NCBI GenBank assembly: GCA_036303765.1 | Contig: JAXIZX010000085.1 | Location: forward strand, 15,540-79,539 | Source: Collinsella sp. | GTDB lineage: Bacteria > Actinomycetota > Coriobacteriia > Coriobacteriales > Coriobacteriaceae | Reading direction: 5' to 3' | DNA: 64,000 nt | Shown: in pieces, positions 63,669 through 64,000 of the stretch | Layout: each line of letters starts with the position of its first letter | Numbering within the stretch: position 1 is the first letter of the stretch | Notes under the pieces: generated by a model | What the model was told of the DNA's origin: nothing | What the model saw: the letters and a program-made list of their open reading frames with translations, nothing else | The model's database searches: none | Translations under genes and position numbers: made by a program

Positions 63669-64000
63669 TTGATAGCACCCAAACATGGCGGGCGCACGCA
63701 CGGCGCCATCTTTGCCCTATGTGCCCTCCTCATCGCGGGCCCGACCCTCGCCCGCGCCCTGACGGGAGCCGGAACGCTCGACTCCGACGTCTGGTTCCTC
63801 CTCGCGACCGGCCGCGAGATCGCCCGCAACGGCATCCCCCGCACCAACCCGTTCTCCATCTGGCCCGGACAGGGCATCGTCGTCCAGCAATGGCTCCATG
63901 ACGTCTGGCTCTGGGCCTGGTATACGCGCGGCGGCTATGCCGCAGTGGCCGTGTCCGCCTGCGTGCCCGCCGGGCTCCTCTTCTGGCAGCTTGCCGGCCT
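63669..64000 (+). CDS. membrane protein, probable GT-C-fold glycosyltransferase, partial
   Basis: TTG after GGAG; TM then DSDVWFLLATGREIARNGIPRTNPFS...QQWL; open to the window end. Confidence 0.6.
   Translation, partial: MIAPKHGGRTHGAIFALCALLIAGPTLARALTGAGTLDSDVWFLLATGREIARNGIPRTNPFSIWPGQGIVVQQWLHDVWLWAWYTRGGYAAVAVSACVPAGLLFWQLAG

Overview
High-GC (Actinobacteria-like, probably Coriobacteriia; this is an inference) segment of a large conjugative element, either a plasmid or a circular/excised ICE. The left arm (about 1-18.5 kb, mostly minus strand) carries a type Ib-like partition pair (short ParA plus a ribbon-helix-helix protein), ssb, accessory genes including a flotillin, and a phage-style replication module (wHTH initiator with internal palindromic iterons, DnaC/IstB-like loader, SSB-like OB protein). 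The centre (about 19-23.4 kb) has two tandem tyrosine recombinase genes, the first apparently catalytically dead, and a divergent XRE/Cro/Xis-like switch. The right arm (plus strand) has a Gram-positive-type T4SS (PcfB-like, VirD4, Maff2/VirB2-like, VirB6-like, PrgI, VirB4, NlpC/P60 hydrolase), TopB, a 1887-aa SpaA-type adhesin with a class B sortase, and a cargo array that includes a HipA-like kinase and ArdA. No relaxase, rRNA, tRNA or CRISPR array was recognised. Three patterns stand out. (1) Up to about 13 otherwise unrelated proteins share an Ala-rich C-terminal tail (P-x-x-[VI]-A-x-A...[KHR]-[LI]), a candidate T4SS translocation signal. (2) A palindrome TTCCCG-N2-YGG[G/A]AA occurs 8 times, 29-30 or 38-39 bp before a -10-like hexamer, ahead of many of those genes and the adhesin, suggesting an activator regulon. 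(3) Ten dispersed arrays of degenerate 8-bp repeats are confined to the left 22 kb, a candidate centromere/RHH operator network. All family calls come from motif recognition by eye, not database searches.
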